64,000 nucleotides of DNA, taken from positions 32,001-96,000 of the forward strand of contig JBBTCT010000001.1 in the NCBI GenBank assembly GCA_038060895.1, given 5' to 3'. Both the position numbers and the translations under genes were made by a program. Under the pieces are notes generated by a model. The model saw only the letters and a list, made by a program, of their open reading frames with translations, was not told the origin of the DNA and ran no database searches. Below, in pieces: positions 39,632 through 48,508 of the stretch. This DNA comes from Planctomycetota bacterium. Its GTDB lineage: Bacteria; Planctomycetota; MHYJ01; WSZJ01. The first letter of the stretch is position 1, and the number at the start of each line of letters is the position of its first letter.

Positions 39632-41040
39632 CCTCAGCAGAAATCGCCTATTTGTTCAGACACGCCCTCCTGCGCGACGCCGCGTACCAACTCCAGCTCC
39701 CCGGCGACCGCGCGCGACTGCACGGGCTGGCGTTTGCGGCGATCGAGGACGCCTGCGGCGGCCGGCCGGCGCCGCTGCCGCCCCTGGACTACGTCCGTGC
39801 CGCCGCGTTCGCGGGCCACTCGACCGACGCGGTCGCCGCAGAACTCGCCGGGCACGCCCGCCGCGCCGCGTCGCCGGGCCTCCTCCCCGCCGAACGCCTC
39901 TACCTCCGGCGCGCCGGCGAGGTCGCGGAGGCCGCATACCGGCACGGCGCCGCGGCCGAAGCCTGGCTCGCGTTCGCCGGGGTTTCCGGAGGAATGGAAC
40001 AGGCGGAGGCGATCCGCCGTGCGTCCATTGCCGCCAACAGCGACGGCCGCGCGAAAGACGCGGAAGCCCTTCTCCTCCGCGCGATCGACGCCTTCCGGCG
40101 CGCCGGCGCCGCGCTCCAGGAAGGCGTCGCGCACAACAACCTCGCCGCGACCTTGTATGAGACCGGCCGGGGAGCGGAAGCCGAAGCGGAGTACCGGCTG
40201 GCGATCGGCCTCCTGCGCGCCTCCGGGGAAAAGTCGGTGGAGGCAGTGTGCCTGAACGGACTGGCCAGCCTGTGCGCCGGGCTCGGCCGCATCGAGGAAG
40301 CGGAGCGGCTGTACCGGGAGGCTCTGGACCTCGCGCGCGCCATCGGGAACTCCAGGGTGGAGGGAATCATCCTCGGAAATCTCGCGAACCACCTCGGCGC
40401 AACCGGGCGTCCCTCCGAGGGCGAAGCCGTCATCCAGGAAGCGATGGTGCTGCACAAACGCACCGGCAACCGGCGCTTCGAGGGCCTCGCCCTCCTGAAC
40501 ATCGGCACGTTCCGCCAGGAGGGCGGCCGGTCGCAGGAGGCGATCGAAATCTTCGAGAGCGCCCTCGCCGTCTTTCGCGAGACCGGCGACCGCCGGAGCG
40601 CCGGCGCCACCCTCGCGAATTTCGCGGCCGCTCTCTTCAGTTGCGGCGACCGCGACGGCGCGCGGCGGCACCTGGAGCAGGCACTGGCCATCCATCGCGA
40701 GGTCGGCAACCGCCGATCCGAAGCGCTCACCCTCGGCAATCTCGCAATCCTCGATGGCCTCGCGGGACGACCCGCCGCCGCCGAAGATCTCTTCCGCCGC
40801 GCCCTCGCCCTCCATCGCGACCTCGGCAACCGCCGCTACGAGGGCTTCACGTGGTGCGACTACGCGGTCTTCCTCACCTCCCCCCGCCGCATCCCACAGG
40901 CGCGCGCCGCCTGGGCCTCAGGGGTCGCGCTTCTTCGTGAAGTCCGGGACTCGGGGACCCTCGAGCGGAAGACTGAGGAGATGCGGAAGAAGTGCGAGCA
41001 GGAGGGTATCGAGCGGCTGGACGCGGAGGTGGAGTCATGA
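39628..41040 (+). CDS. TPR protein starting with a STAND-type winged-helix motif, paralog 2
   Basis: Starts MTSAEIAYLFRHALLRDAAYQLQLPGDRARLH; ATGA overlap with paralog 1. Confidence 0.9.
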   Translation: MTSAEIAYLFRHALLRDAAYQLQLPGDRARLHGLAFAAIEDACGGRPAPLPPLDYVRAAAFAGHSTDAVAAELAGHARRAASPGLLPAERLYLRRAGEVAEAAYRHGAAAEAWLAFAGVSGGMEQAEAIRRASIAANSDGRAKDAEALLLRAIDAFRRAGAALQEGVAHNNLAATLYETGRGAEAEAEYRLAIGLLRASGEKSVEAVCLNGLASLCAGLGRIEEAERLYREALDLARAIGNSRVEGIILGNLANHLGATGRPSEGEAVIQEAMVLHKRTGNRRFEGLALLNIGTFRQEGGRSQEAIEIFESALAVFRETGDRRSAGATLANFAAALFSCGDRDGARRHLEQALAIHREVGNRRSEALTLGNLAILDGLAGRPAAAEDLFRRALALHRDLGNRRYEGFTWCDYAVFLTSPRRIPQARAAWASGVALLREVRDSGTLERKTEEMRKKCEQEGIERLDAEVES

Positions 41041-41247
41041 GCCGCTCGCGAAGCTGCGTTTGTTGCCGGGCCCGGGCGCGTACGTGCTGAATCCCGGACA
41101 GAGATCACATTCGATTCAGGCCTCGAATCGCAACTTCGGATAGGCAGAAGCGCCCGCGGAGGCAATCCGTCGCGGCGTCCGTGTCCGGCGGCATGATGCA
41201 TTCGGGTGTGACGTGAGACTCAGCCACGCGCCGCTTATCATCCTCTC

Positions 41248-42756
41248 TTGAATTCAGAAACCGCTTACCTGTTCCGTCACGCCATCGTGCGCGACGCCGC
41301 CTATCAACTTCAGCTCCCGGGCGTCCGCGCGCGGCTGCATGGGCTCGCGTTCGCGGCAATCGAAGAGCTGGCCGGCGGCCGGCGCCCGGCGCCGGCTCCC
41401 GTCGGCTCGGGGGAGGGTGGCCGGCTGGCGCCGCACCCGAGTGACGCCTTCGCCGAAGAACTCGCGGAGCACGCCGCAAACGCCGGGGGTGAGGGCATGC
41501 TCGCGGCGCAGCGGCAGTACCTGCGCCGCGCCGCGGAGGCCGCCGACCGAAGGTCGCGCAACGACGCCGCCGAACGACTCTGGCGCCGGCTTGCAGAGCT
41601 GTCAACGGGGACGGAAAAGGGCGCCTCGCTCTGCCGCGGCGCCGCGGCCGCGCGGGTCGCCGGCCGGACGCGAATCGCGGAGCCGATGATCCTGGAGGCG
41701 CTCGCCCTCGCGCGGGCAACGCGTGACCACGCGCTGGAGGCCGTCGCGCGCTCCAGCCTCGGAAACCTCTTCGCGGAAACGGGCCGGACGCGCGAAGCGA
41801 TCCACGCCGCCCGCCGGGCGCTGGTCATGCAGCGGAAGTCCGCCGACCTGCTGGCGGCGGGCGCCACCCTGGGCAACCTCGCGACGCTTTTCCAGGGCGT
41901 GGGCCGCGTGCGCGACGCGGAGCGGCTGTTCGAGGAATCGCTCGAGCTCCTGAAGAGCGACCCGGAGCGGCGGGCCTTCCCGCTTCTGAACCTGGCCGGC
42001 CTCTACAAGCAGACGGGGCGGCTGCGCGAAGCGGAGTCCCTCCTGGACGAGGCGCTGGCGCTTCATCGCCGGCACGGAAACCGCCGCCGCGAAGGAATCG
42101 TGCTGGCGAGCCTCGCGAACCTCTACGGGGAAACCGGCCGGCCCGAGCTGGCCGAGCGCGTGTACCGGGAATCGCTGTCGATCCATCGCGAAACCGGCAG
42201 CCGCCGCTCCGAGGGCGTCGCGCTCGCAAACCTCGCGGGCCACCTGCGGGAAACCCGCCGCTACGCCGAGGCGGAACCCGCCTACGAGCAGGGGCTCGCC
42301 ATCCTCCGCGAAGTCGGCGACCGCCGGCAGGAAGGCATGGTCCTCGCCAATTTCGCCAACCTCCTCCAGGAGTCCCTGCGCTTACCGGAGGCCCGCGCCG
42401 CCTACGAAAAAGCGCTCGCGATTCACCGGGAGCTCGGCAACCGCCCCTTCGAGGGCATCACGCTCGGCAACATGGCCGGGTTGCTTCACGACACGGGCCG
42501 GGACGTTGAGGCCGAGGAGGCCTACCTCCAGGCGATCTCGATTCATCGCGATGTCGGGAGCCGGAGATTCGAAGGGGTGCACCTCGTGGAGTACGGCGTG
42601 TTCCTGCTGAAGCGCGGGCGGGTGCCCGAGGCGAGGGCGAACTGGATCGAGGGATCGGCCATCTTGAAGTCGATCGGGGACACCACGACGCTGGAGGAAG
42701 AAACCGGCGCGATGAGAGAGGAATGTGCCAGGGCCGGGATTTCCGCGTTTGAGTAG
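41248..42756 (+). CDS. TPR protein starting with a STAND-type winged-helix motif, paralog 3
   Basis: TTG start; NSETAYLFRHAIVRDAAYQLQLPGVRARLH; same repeats and C-terminal cap as paralogs 1 and 2. Confidence 0.9.
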   Translation: MNSETAYLFRHAIVRDAAYQLQLPGVRARLHGLAFAAIEELAGGRRPAPAPVGSGEGGRLAPHPSDAFAEELAEHAANAGGEGMLAAQRQYLRRAAEAADRRSRNDAAERLWRRLAELSTGTEKGASLCRGAAAARVAGRTRIAEPMILEALALARATRDHALEAVARSSLGNLFAETGRTREAIHAARRALVMQRKSADLLAAGATLGNLATLFQGVGRVRDAERLFEESLELLKSDPERRAFPLLNLAGLYKQTGRLREAESLLDEALALHRRHGNRRREGIVLASLANLYGETGRPELAERVYRESLSIHRETGSRRSEGVALANLAGHLRETRRYAEAEPAYEQGLAILREVGDRRQEGMVLANFANLLQESLRLPEARAAYEKALAIHRELGNRPFEGITLGNMAGLLHDTGRDVEAEEAYLQAISIHRDVGSRRFEGVHLVEYGVFLLKRGRVPEARANWIEGSAILKSIGDTTTLEEETGAMREECARAGISAFE

Positions 42757-42819
42757 GAACGGCCAGCACGGAGAAGAATGAGTACGATGTCGGCATGCGC
42801 GAGTCCGGGGAAGTAGAGA

Positions 42820-43206
42820 CTACCGGGCCGGGGCCAGCATCCGGGCTTCGCGGGAGAGCAACCACTTCCCTTCCGAGTCTTTTCTGAAGAGCCAAAGCGT
42901 GTGTCCCTCCACGCGGACTTCCGGCGCGCCGTCGGCGGCCGGGATGGTCAGCGCGACCTCTCCCCACGCGTGGCCGGCGCCGCCGTAGGCGGCGACCGCC
43001 TGGAGTTCGCAGCGGAACAGGACGCCGCCGGGACGCGGTTCGCGCGTCGCCGCCCAGGCTTCGCGTCCCTCGGCCGGAGACCGGCCGGGAGCGAGAAAGA
43101 CGGCATTCGGGGCGACGAGCGCGAAGAGCTTCTCCGCATCGTCCGCTTCCATGGCGCGAATCCAGGCATCGACGGCCTCACGGAGGCCCTTCTCGTCGGG
43201 CATCAT
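42820..43206 (-). CDS. NTF2/SnoaL-like (SgcJ/EcaC, DUF4440) protein, paralog B
   Basis: DEKGLREAVDAWIRAMEADDAE...AVFLAPG...FRKDSEGKWLL. Confidence 0.85.
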   Translation of the reverse strand: MMPDEKGLREAVDAWIRAMEADDAEKLFALVAPNAVFLAPGRSPAEGREAWAATREPRPGGVLFRCELQAVAAYGGAGHAWGEVALTIPAADGAPEVRVEGHTLWLFRKDSEGKWLLSREARMLAPAR

Positions 43207-43207
43207 G

Positions 43208-43603
43208 TCAGACCTCCATCGCCATCATGTTCGCGGCGAGCGCGATACGCCAGCCGCCGCCGCGGAGACGGCGCAGGACGTTGAGCGAGTCGCCGTACGC
43301 CCGGAACGGCGCCGCACCCGGCTCGCGGACGACCTCGGAGCGCTCGCGCGTCCAGACGTGCGCCCAGTCGCCAAAGACCGAAATGTCGCGGATGTCGAAG
43401 GTGGCCTTGAAGCTGCGGCCCGGTTTCACTGCGCCGAGCACGAACGCGGCGTACTCCTTGCGGCTCCGGAACGCCGGGAGCCCCGCGATGAGAAGGACCC
43501 CGTCCTCCGCGATCAGCGCAAACACCGCGTCATAGTCAGACGCCTCCGCCGCGCGGGCCCAGGAGGCGATCACTTCACGGACGGCAGTCTCGTCGGCGGT
43601 CAT
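43208..43603 (-). CDS. NTF2/SnoaL-like (SgcJ/EcaC, DUF4440) protein, paralog A
   Basis: MTADETAVREVIASWARA...GDWAHVW...LRRLRGGGWRIALAAN, in the tail of track ORF 43208..44725. Confidence 0.85.
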   Translation of the reverse strand: MTADETAVREVIASWARAAEASDYDAVFALIAEDGVLLIAGLPAFRSRKEYAAFVLGAVKPGRSFKATFDIRDISVFGDWAHVWTRERSEVVREPGAAPFRAYGDSLNVLRRLRGGGWRIALAANMMAMEV

Positions 43604-43687
43604 GCCGGGGATTCTATCCTCCGGCGCAGCGCCGGAAGGACTGAAAGGGCTTCGGCAGAAACGACCGCCGGGCGACAATCCCCCCTT

Positions 43688-44812
43688 ATGACCTCGACGC
43701 GCCTCGTCGCCGCTGCAGCCGCTGGAGCACTTGCCGGCGCCGTCCTCACTTCCCTCGTTCTCCGGTACCGGCAGGACATGCGCTCGCGCGACGAAGCGGA
43801 GCAGCATAAAGCCCAGGCTGCGGACGTCGCGGCAGCCGAGGAGGCAAAGCGTGCGGCGCTCAAGGCGGAACTGGCGAAGAAGGCCGAGGAGCTCGACGAC
43901 GCGATGCACGCCATAGGGTCGCTTCAGGCCCGCGAGCGCAAGCTCCACGAGCAGCTCGATGCGACCGGGAAAGGCGGCAACCCTGGCGGACCGCAGCCGA
44001 AGAAACCGGCGCGCAAGAGCTGGAAGGAAATCGCGGGGAATCTGGCGAAGGTGCGCGGGCTCGTGGCGGGTTTCAAGCTGCAGGACTGGCCGGAAGAAGC
44101 GTGGCCCCTGTCCGCGGAGCTGCGCGAAGCGCTGATGGCGCTCGCGACGGAGCTGGGGCTTTCGATGGACGAGGTGCTGGCCTCGCCGGACGGAATCCAG
44201 GCGCTGTTCCTTGAGTTGCTGGCGCAATGCGAGCCGCCGCCGGACGCCATGCAGATGGCGGCGTTGCGGGACGCGCTGAAAGGATCCGAGGCAGACTGGG
44301 CGAAGTATCTCGCGGAGCGTGGGACGATGTCCGCCCTGGAACAGCGTGCTGCGCTCGTGGCGATGTCCGACGGCGAACTCGCGGCGCTGAGGGCGGGCCT
44401 CACTCCCGGGCAGGTCCAATGGATGGACGCCTTTCAGGTCTTCGACGACGTCGGCAAGGGCGGCCCACAGTCGTGGTTCGACGGCAACCGCGCAACCGTC
44501 GCGGACCGCCTGGCCACCAACTGGTCCCAGACGCTCAAGCTCGACGACGCCCAGAAGGCCGCGATCGCGCCGATCGTCGCCGAGTTCGTGGAAAAGTCCG
44601 CGATGAACAGCTACGAAATCTGGAAGCGGGAAAACGCGGGAGAAATCCTGTCCGGCCAGGACCGCTTCAAGGCCCAGCTCGCCCTCATGCTGGAGACGCA
44701 GAAGAAAATCGCGGCCGCCGGGCAACTCTCGGCGGACCAGGTGAAAGCAATGAAAGGCTGGGCGACCGTGTACGGCTGCAACGTCGCCGATTGGGAGCCG
44801 CCGAACAAATGA
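43688..44812 (+). CDS. Membrane-anchored coiled-coil hypothetical protein
   Basis: N-terminal TM, coiled coil, then helical LTPGQ / LDDAQ / LSADQ motifs. Confidence 0.75.
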   Translation: MTSTRLVAAAAAGALAGAVLTSLVLRYRQDMRSRDEAEQHKAQAADVAAAEEAKRAALKAELAKKAEELDDAMHAIGSLQARERKLHEQLDATGKGGNPGGPQPKKPARKSWKEIAGNLAKVRGLVAGFKLQDWPEEAWPLSAELREALMALATELGLSMDEVLASPDGIQALFLELLAQCEPPPDAMQMAALRDALKGSEADWAKYLAERGTMSALEQRAALVAMSDGELAALRAGLTPGQVQWMDAFQVFDDVGKGGPQSWFDGNRATVADRLATNWSQTLKLDDAQKAAIAPIVAEFVEKSAMNSYEIWKRENAGEILSGQDRFKAQLALMLETQKKIAAAGQLSADQVKAMKGWATVYGCNVADWEPPNK

Positions 44813-44872
44813 GGCTGCGTGACTTGTGAGGAAGAGGTTTGGAACCTCACGCGTTGTTCGTGTGAGGTCGTT

Positions 44873-44917
44873 AGCCTTCGCCAGCCTTCGCCAGCCTTCG
44901 CCAGCCTTCGCCAGCCT
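44873..44917. repeat. 10-bp tandem repeat (agccttcgcc) x4.5
   Basis: Directly visible, intergenic. Confidence 0.95.
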
Positions 44918-44944
44918 GACCTGAGCGAGCGAAGCGAGTCGAAG
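44918..44944. repeat. REP-like element CTTCGACTCGC...GCTCGCTCAGG, copy 2 (inverted)
   Basis: gacctgagcgagcgaagcgagtcgaag is the reverse complement of cttcgactcgcttcgctcgctcaggtc. Confidence 0.7.
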
Positions 44945-45027
44945 TGCCTCCCCTCCCCACGCCGCATGCCTTTCACCAATCCTCCCCGACCTATAGAATC
45001 CCCGCCGGGATCACTTCGAGGGAATTC

Positions 45028-45963
45028 ATGTTCGATCGCGACACCGGCACGCGCGTCGGCCGCCGCCTTTACCTCGGCTGGGACGTCGGCGGATGGCTCG
45101 GCAAGACGGACGGACTCGCCGCCTACGTCTTCGGGCACAGCGGGGCGCTTCTCCGCGCCATCCCCGGAAGAACCGTTTCGCTCTGGAAGGAATTCGACGG
45201 GCGCAAATGGACGCTCGAGAAGTTTATCCGGCTCCTCGATCCGCAACTCAACCTGGACCGTTTCGACCGCGTCGTCCTCGCCATCAACGCACCCCTCGGC
45301 ATGCCTCAACGATTCCTCCGCGCCGTCACCTCAGAGATTTCGAAAGTGCCCGAGCCCGAGTACAACGTCGAGAAACTCGCCGAATCGCGGCTGGCCTTCC
45401 GCGTGACCGACAGGCTGGTCGCGAAGCGGTTCGACGTAAAAGTACTGTCGCCGAGCCTGGACCGCGCGACGAACAACGGCTCAAAGGCCCGGTCGGCTTG
45501 CGCAGAGTTCATCCGCGAGCTGCCAAAGATGGCCGTGCCGCCGTTCCGCAAGGACGAGCCGGGCGTAACGCGCTTCGTGGCCATCGAAGTGCTGCCGGAC
45601 GTCTGGTGGTCGGAAAAATGGATCAACTTCACGAGCGCGTGCATCCCGGAAAGCGAGCGGCGAGGGGAAGCGCGCGACTCGGCGACGTGCGCCCTGAACG
45701 CGCTCTGGTACGACATCGCCGTCTCCGGGATTCCCACCAGGAGGTTTCCTCTCCTGCCGCCCGTCGACCCTGTGGCGACTCCCGCCCCCGAGGTCGTGGC
45801 AAAGGTCCTGCGACCGGAGAATCTCGGGGAGTACGAGCCGGAGGAAACGCCGGGTGATCGCGACGCGATCCTGCAGGAAGGCTGGATCTATGCGCCGGAC
45901 CTCGAGCGGGTCGCGACGCCCCTTCCCGGAAACGCCACGGATGGCGCGATCGTGACGCCGTAG
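45028..45963 (+). CDS. DUF429-like predicted RNase H-fold nuclease
   Basis: YLGWDVGGW, LAINAPLGMP, AFRVTDR, IEVLP, RDSATCAL and EGWIY motifs. Confidence 0.75.
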   Translation: MFDRDTGTRVGRRLYLGWDVGGWLGKTDGLAAYVFGHSGALLRAIPGRTVSLWKEFDGRKWTLEKFIRLLDPQLNLDRFDRVVLAINAPLGMPQRFLRAVTSEISKVPEPEYNVEKLAESRLAFRVTDRLVAKRFDVKVLSPSLDRATNNGSKARSACAEFIRELPKMAVPPFRKDEPGVTRFVAIEVLPDVWWSEKWINFTSACIPESERRGEARDSATCALNALWYDIAVSGIPTRRFPLLPPVDPVATPAPEVVAKVLRPENLGEYEPEETPGDRDAILQEGWIYAPDLERVATPLPGNATDGAIVTP

Positions 45964-46059
45964 CACTTCAAGGGCCCCCGAATTCTGCCGTCAAGCTTGG
46001 CTCGAGGTCCCTTCCCTGCTACATTTCCCCCCACGACCGCCCCTCAAGAAGGAGATCCC

Positions 46060-47352
46060 ATGCGCCGCTTCGCCGTGATCGCTTCCGCCGCCCTTTTCGC
46101 CGGCCTCATGCTCGCGCCCTCCACGGCGCTTGCGCAGGGCATGCCTGCCGAACTTCCCGAGAAGATCAACAAGGCGATCGACAACGGCGTCGTCTGGTTG
46201 AAGGCGCGCCAGAAGAAGGACGGGGTGGAGAGGAATTCGTGGGGGACGGGGAACAACCCGCTCTATCCCGGCATGGCGGGAAAGGGGCACCCGATCTACA
46301 TCGGGACCACGGCGTTCGCGCTTTACACGCTTCTTGAGTGCGACGTCGATCCCGAGGATCCGGTGATCGTCAACGGCCTGGACTTCATCACGAAGAACCT
46401 CGACAAGAGCTTCAGCGTGGCCGGCGCCAAGGCCGGCGGCGCCGGGAACATGCAGTGCACGTGCTACGAGTGTGGCGTGCTGCTAATGATGGTCGAGTCG
46501 TATTACGACGCGAAGTGGGAGAAAACGATCCGGGCGCAGAAGAAGGATCCCAAGAAGGAAAAGAGGCCGCCGGTGAAGCTGGACGGCGAGCACGAGACGT
46601 GGTGCAAGGGCGCGGTGTCGTTCCTGGCGGGGACGCAGTCACGCCCCGGCGGATGGCGTTACGGACCGCCGGCATTTCCATCTCCGGTCGGGATCGACCA
46701 GGACACGTCTTCAACGCAGATCGCTCTCCTCGGCCTCGTCTCGGCCGTGCGCATGGGGCTCACCGTTGACTCGAAGATTTTCCACACCGCGGTGATCACC
46801 ACGCTCGAGAACCAGGCGAAGACCGGGCCGCCCGCGAAGGCGAAACCCGCGGGAGTCGGCGGGACGATGGTGCTCGAAACCGACATGTGCCGGGGCTGGG
46901 CCTATACGCCGAACGCCGGGGACTCGAAGGACCAGGTTTGCTCGGGCGGCATGACGGCCTCGGGCGTGTGCAGCCTGATCATCATCAAGAGCCAGATGAA
47001 GGGACACGCACTCTTCAATAAGGACCTGGCAGCGCGGGTCGAGAAAGGCATCTTTGACGGTCTCGCTTGGATCGACGCGAACTGGACGGTGAGTTCGAAC
47101 CCGGGCGGTCACCGGAGCCACTACTACTACCTGTACGGTCTCGAACGCGTCGGGATTCTTGGCGGCATCGAGACTATCGGCGGCAACGCCTGGTACGTGC
47201 AGGGCGCCCAGTACCTGGTGGACAAGCAGATCCAGGACGGGCACTGGGACAGCGGGACGGAGCTGGAGCCGAGGGACGTGTTCGATTCGTGCTTCGCGCT
47301 GCTGTTCCTGAAAAAGGCGACGATGCCTGTCGGGGTGACGCTGACAAGGTAG
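46060..47352 (+). CDS. Exported prenyltransferase/squalene-oxidase repeat (alpha/alpha barrel) protein
   Basis: Signal peptide; AIDNGVVWLKARQ, QSRPGGWRY, YYYLYGLERVG and QIQDGHW motifs. Confidence 0.8.
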   Translation: MRRFAVIASAALFAGLMLAPSTALAQGMPAELPEKINKAIDNGVVWLKARQKKDGVERNSWGTGNNPLYPGMAGKGHPIYIGTTAFALYTLLECDVDPEDPVIVNGLDFITKNLDKSFSVAGAKAGGAGNMQCTCYECGVLLMMVESYYDAKWEKTIRAQKKDPKKEKRPPVKLDGEHETWCKGAVSFLAGTQSRPGGWRYGPPAFPSPVGIDQDTSSTQIALLGLVSAVRMGLTVDSKIFHTAVITTLENQAKTGPPAKAKPAGVGGTMVLETDMCRGWAYTPNAGDSKDQVCSGGMTASGVCSLIIIKSQMKGHALFNKDLAARVEKGIFDGLAWIDANWTVSSNPGGHRSHYYYLYGLERVGILGGIETIGGNAWYVQGAQYLVDKQIQDGHWDSGTELEPRDVFDSCFALLFLKKATMPVGVTLTR

Positions 47353-47530
47353 GGAGTTGGGAGCATTGAGTGTTGAGTAGTGAGCAGCAGGGAGTGGGTA
47401 GCTGGCTTTGCGAACGCGAGTTCGGCATTCAACAGAAACGGCCCCGGGTGAACCCCGGGGCCGATTTTTTGCCATGACTACTCACTACGCACTCACCCCT
47501 GCTCCCTACTCAACACTCAAAACCCAACAC
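47353..47530. repeat. Degenerate heptamer-unit palindrome between convergent genes
   Basis: ttgagtgttgagtagtgagcagcagggagtg ... cactcacccctgctccctactcaacactcaa. Confidence 0.75.
47439..47470 (+). terminator. Intrinsic terminator
   Basis: 10-bp stem cggccccggg/cccggggccg with a 5-nt loop, followed by ATTTTTT. Confidence 0.85.
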
Positions 47531-47537
47531 TGGCCGA

Positions 47538-48344
47538 TTACTTGTACTTCGCTTCGTTCGCTCTCCACCACGGGTTCCACAGCGACATCTGCTGCGGTTG
47601 CGTCTTGCCACTGAGACCTTTCGGCGGATCGTCAACCAGCTTCTCAAGTGCCTGCGACATCGCGATGAACGCTTCGAACGACCCTTCCGGACGCGCCACC
47701 TGCTGCGACGGGCCCAGCCATTTGTTCAGGCCAGCCCATAGTTCCCGGATGATCTCCTTGTTTCCCTTGAAGGGCCCCGTAGCGTCCGCGGCCGCTTTCG
47801 CGACGAAAGGAGAGGTATCCGTGAGGTCTTCGACAAACGGTCCAGCCGCCGCCGGGTCCTTCACGACGCCCAGCGTGTCGTACATCGCAGTCAGGAGCTT
47901 GAGATTCGATTCCCACGCCGGAAGCTCTTTTTCCTTCTTCGGCTTCGTCGTCCCGATCAGCTTCTTGTAGTACGCCGTCTGGGATTTCAACCCCTGCACC
48001 GCCACCACCGGGTCTCCCAACGTCGAAATCTTCTCCGCCGCCAGCATCTTCACGTCCACGTCCGAGTCCGCCAGCGCCTTCGCCAGCGACATCGTGATCT
48101 TCTTCGACCGCACGTTCATGTGCTTCAACTGCGCAGCCTCAAGGCTGTGGATCGCTTCTCGCTTCCCCATCATGTCCTTCGTCTTGAACTTGATGTCGGC
48201 TTCCTTGATCGCAATGTCGTCGCCCGCCTCGTGCGAGAGGCAGACCTTGCCATCCTTGCAGTTGGCGCAGTCTTCGGCGATCGAGACGGAATCCAGCGCG
48301 ACGGTGAACGCGGCGGCCGTAAGCCATCGTGAGAACATTTTCAT
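47538..48344 (-). CDS. Exported HEAT-repeat-like protein with N-terminal CxxC-x4-CxxH motif
   Basis: Signal peptide; CANCKDGKVCLSH; ALADSDVDVKMLAA; W..WW end motif. Confidence 0.7.
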   Translation of the reverse strand: MKMFSRWLTAAAFTVALDSVSIAEDCANCKDGKVCLSHEAGDDIAIKEADIKFKTKDMMGKREAIHSLEAAQLKHMNVRSKKITMSLAKALADSDVDVKMLAAEKISTLGDPVVAVQGLKSQTAYYKKLIGTTKPKKEKELPAWESNLKLLTAMYDTLGVVKDPAAAGPFVEDLTDTSPFVAKAAADATGPFKGNKEIIRELWAGLNKWLGPSQQVARPEGSFEAFIAMSQALEKLVDDPPKGLSGKTQPQQMSLWNPWWRANEAKYK

Positions 48345-48508
48345 CTCCCGGCAGAGGAATGTGTGGTCGCAGGACAGAGTGCAGTTTTTGGCGGGCGGAG
48401 TCAACGACGGAGGATGCCGGATTCGTGGAAAAGAAGGCACGCCGATTGCTTTCATTGAAGACGTACACTCGAAGCGGCGTTCCGGGGCATCCCAAGGGAG
48501 AAGTGTCC

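Noticed and set aside
41037-41247. Fourth, decayed TPR copy or small Cys-rich peptide (MSRSRSCVCCRARARTC) between paralogs 2 and 3
   Set aside because: No recognisable FRHA..RDAAY remnant in any frame, and a 17-codon ORF is not supportable.
38090-42756. Diversity-generating retroelement or shufflon acting on the TPR genes
   Set aside because: No reverse transcriptase or recombinase in the window, no adenine-specific template/variable repeat pair seen, and all copies are co-oriented.
37939-45000. TPR array as a tRNA-integrated genomic island or prophage
   Set aside because: The array lies on the 5' side of the tRNA. I saw no integrase, no duplicated tRNA 3' end and no evident compositional shift.
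45028-45963. DUF429-like nuclease as a transposase or defence system
   Set aside because: No terminal repeats enclosing it and no partner defence genes; it is a solitary predicted nuclease.
46060-47352. Squalene-hopene cyclase
   Set aside because: Too short, has a signal peptide and lacks the DxDD catalytic motif (DQDTS only); it shares only the QW-type repeats.
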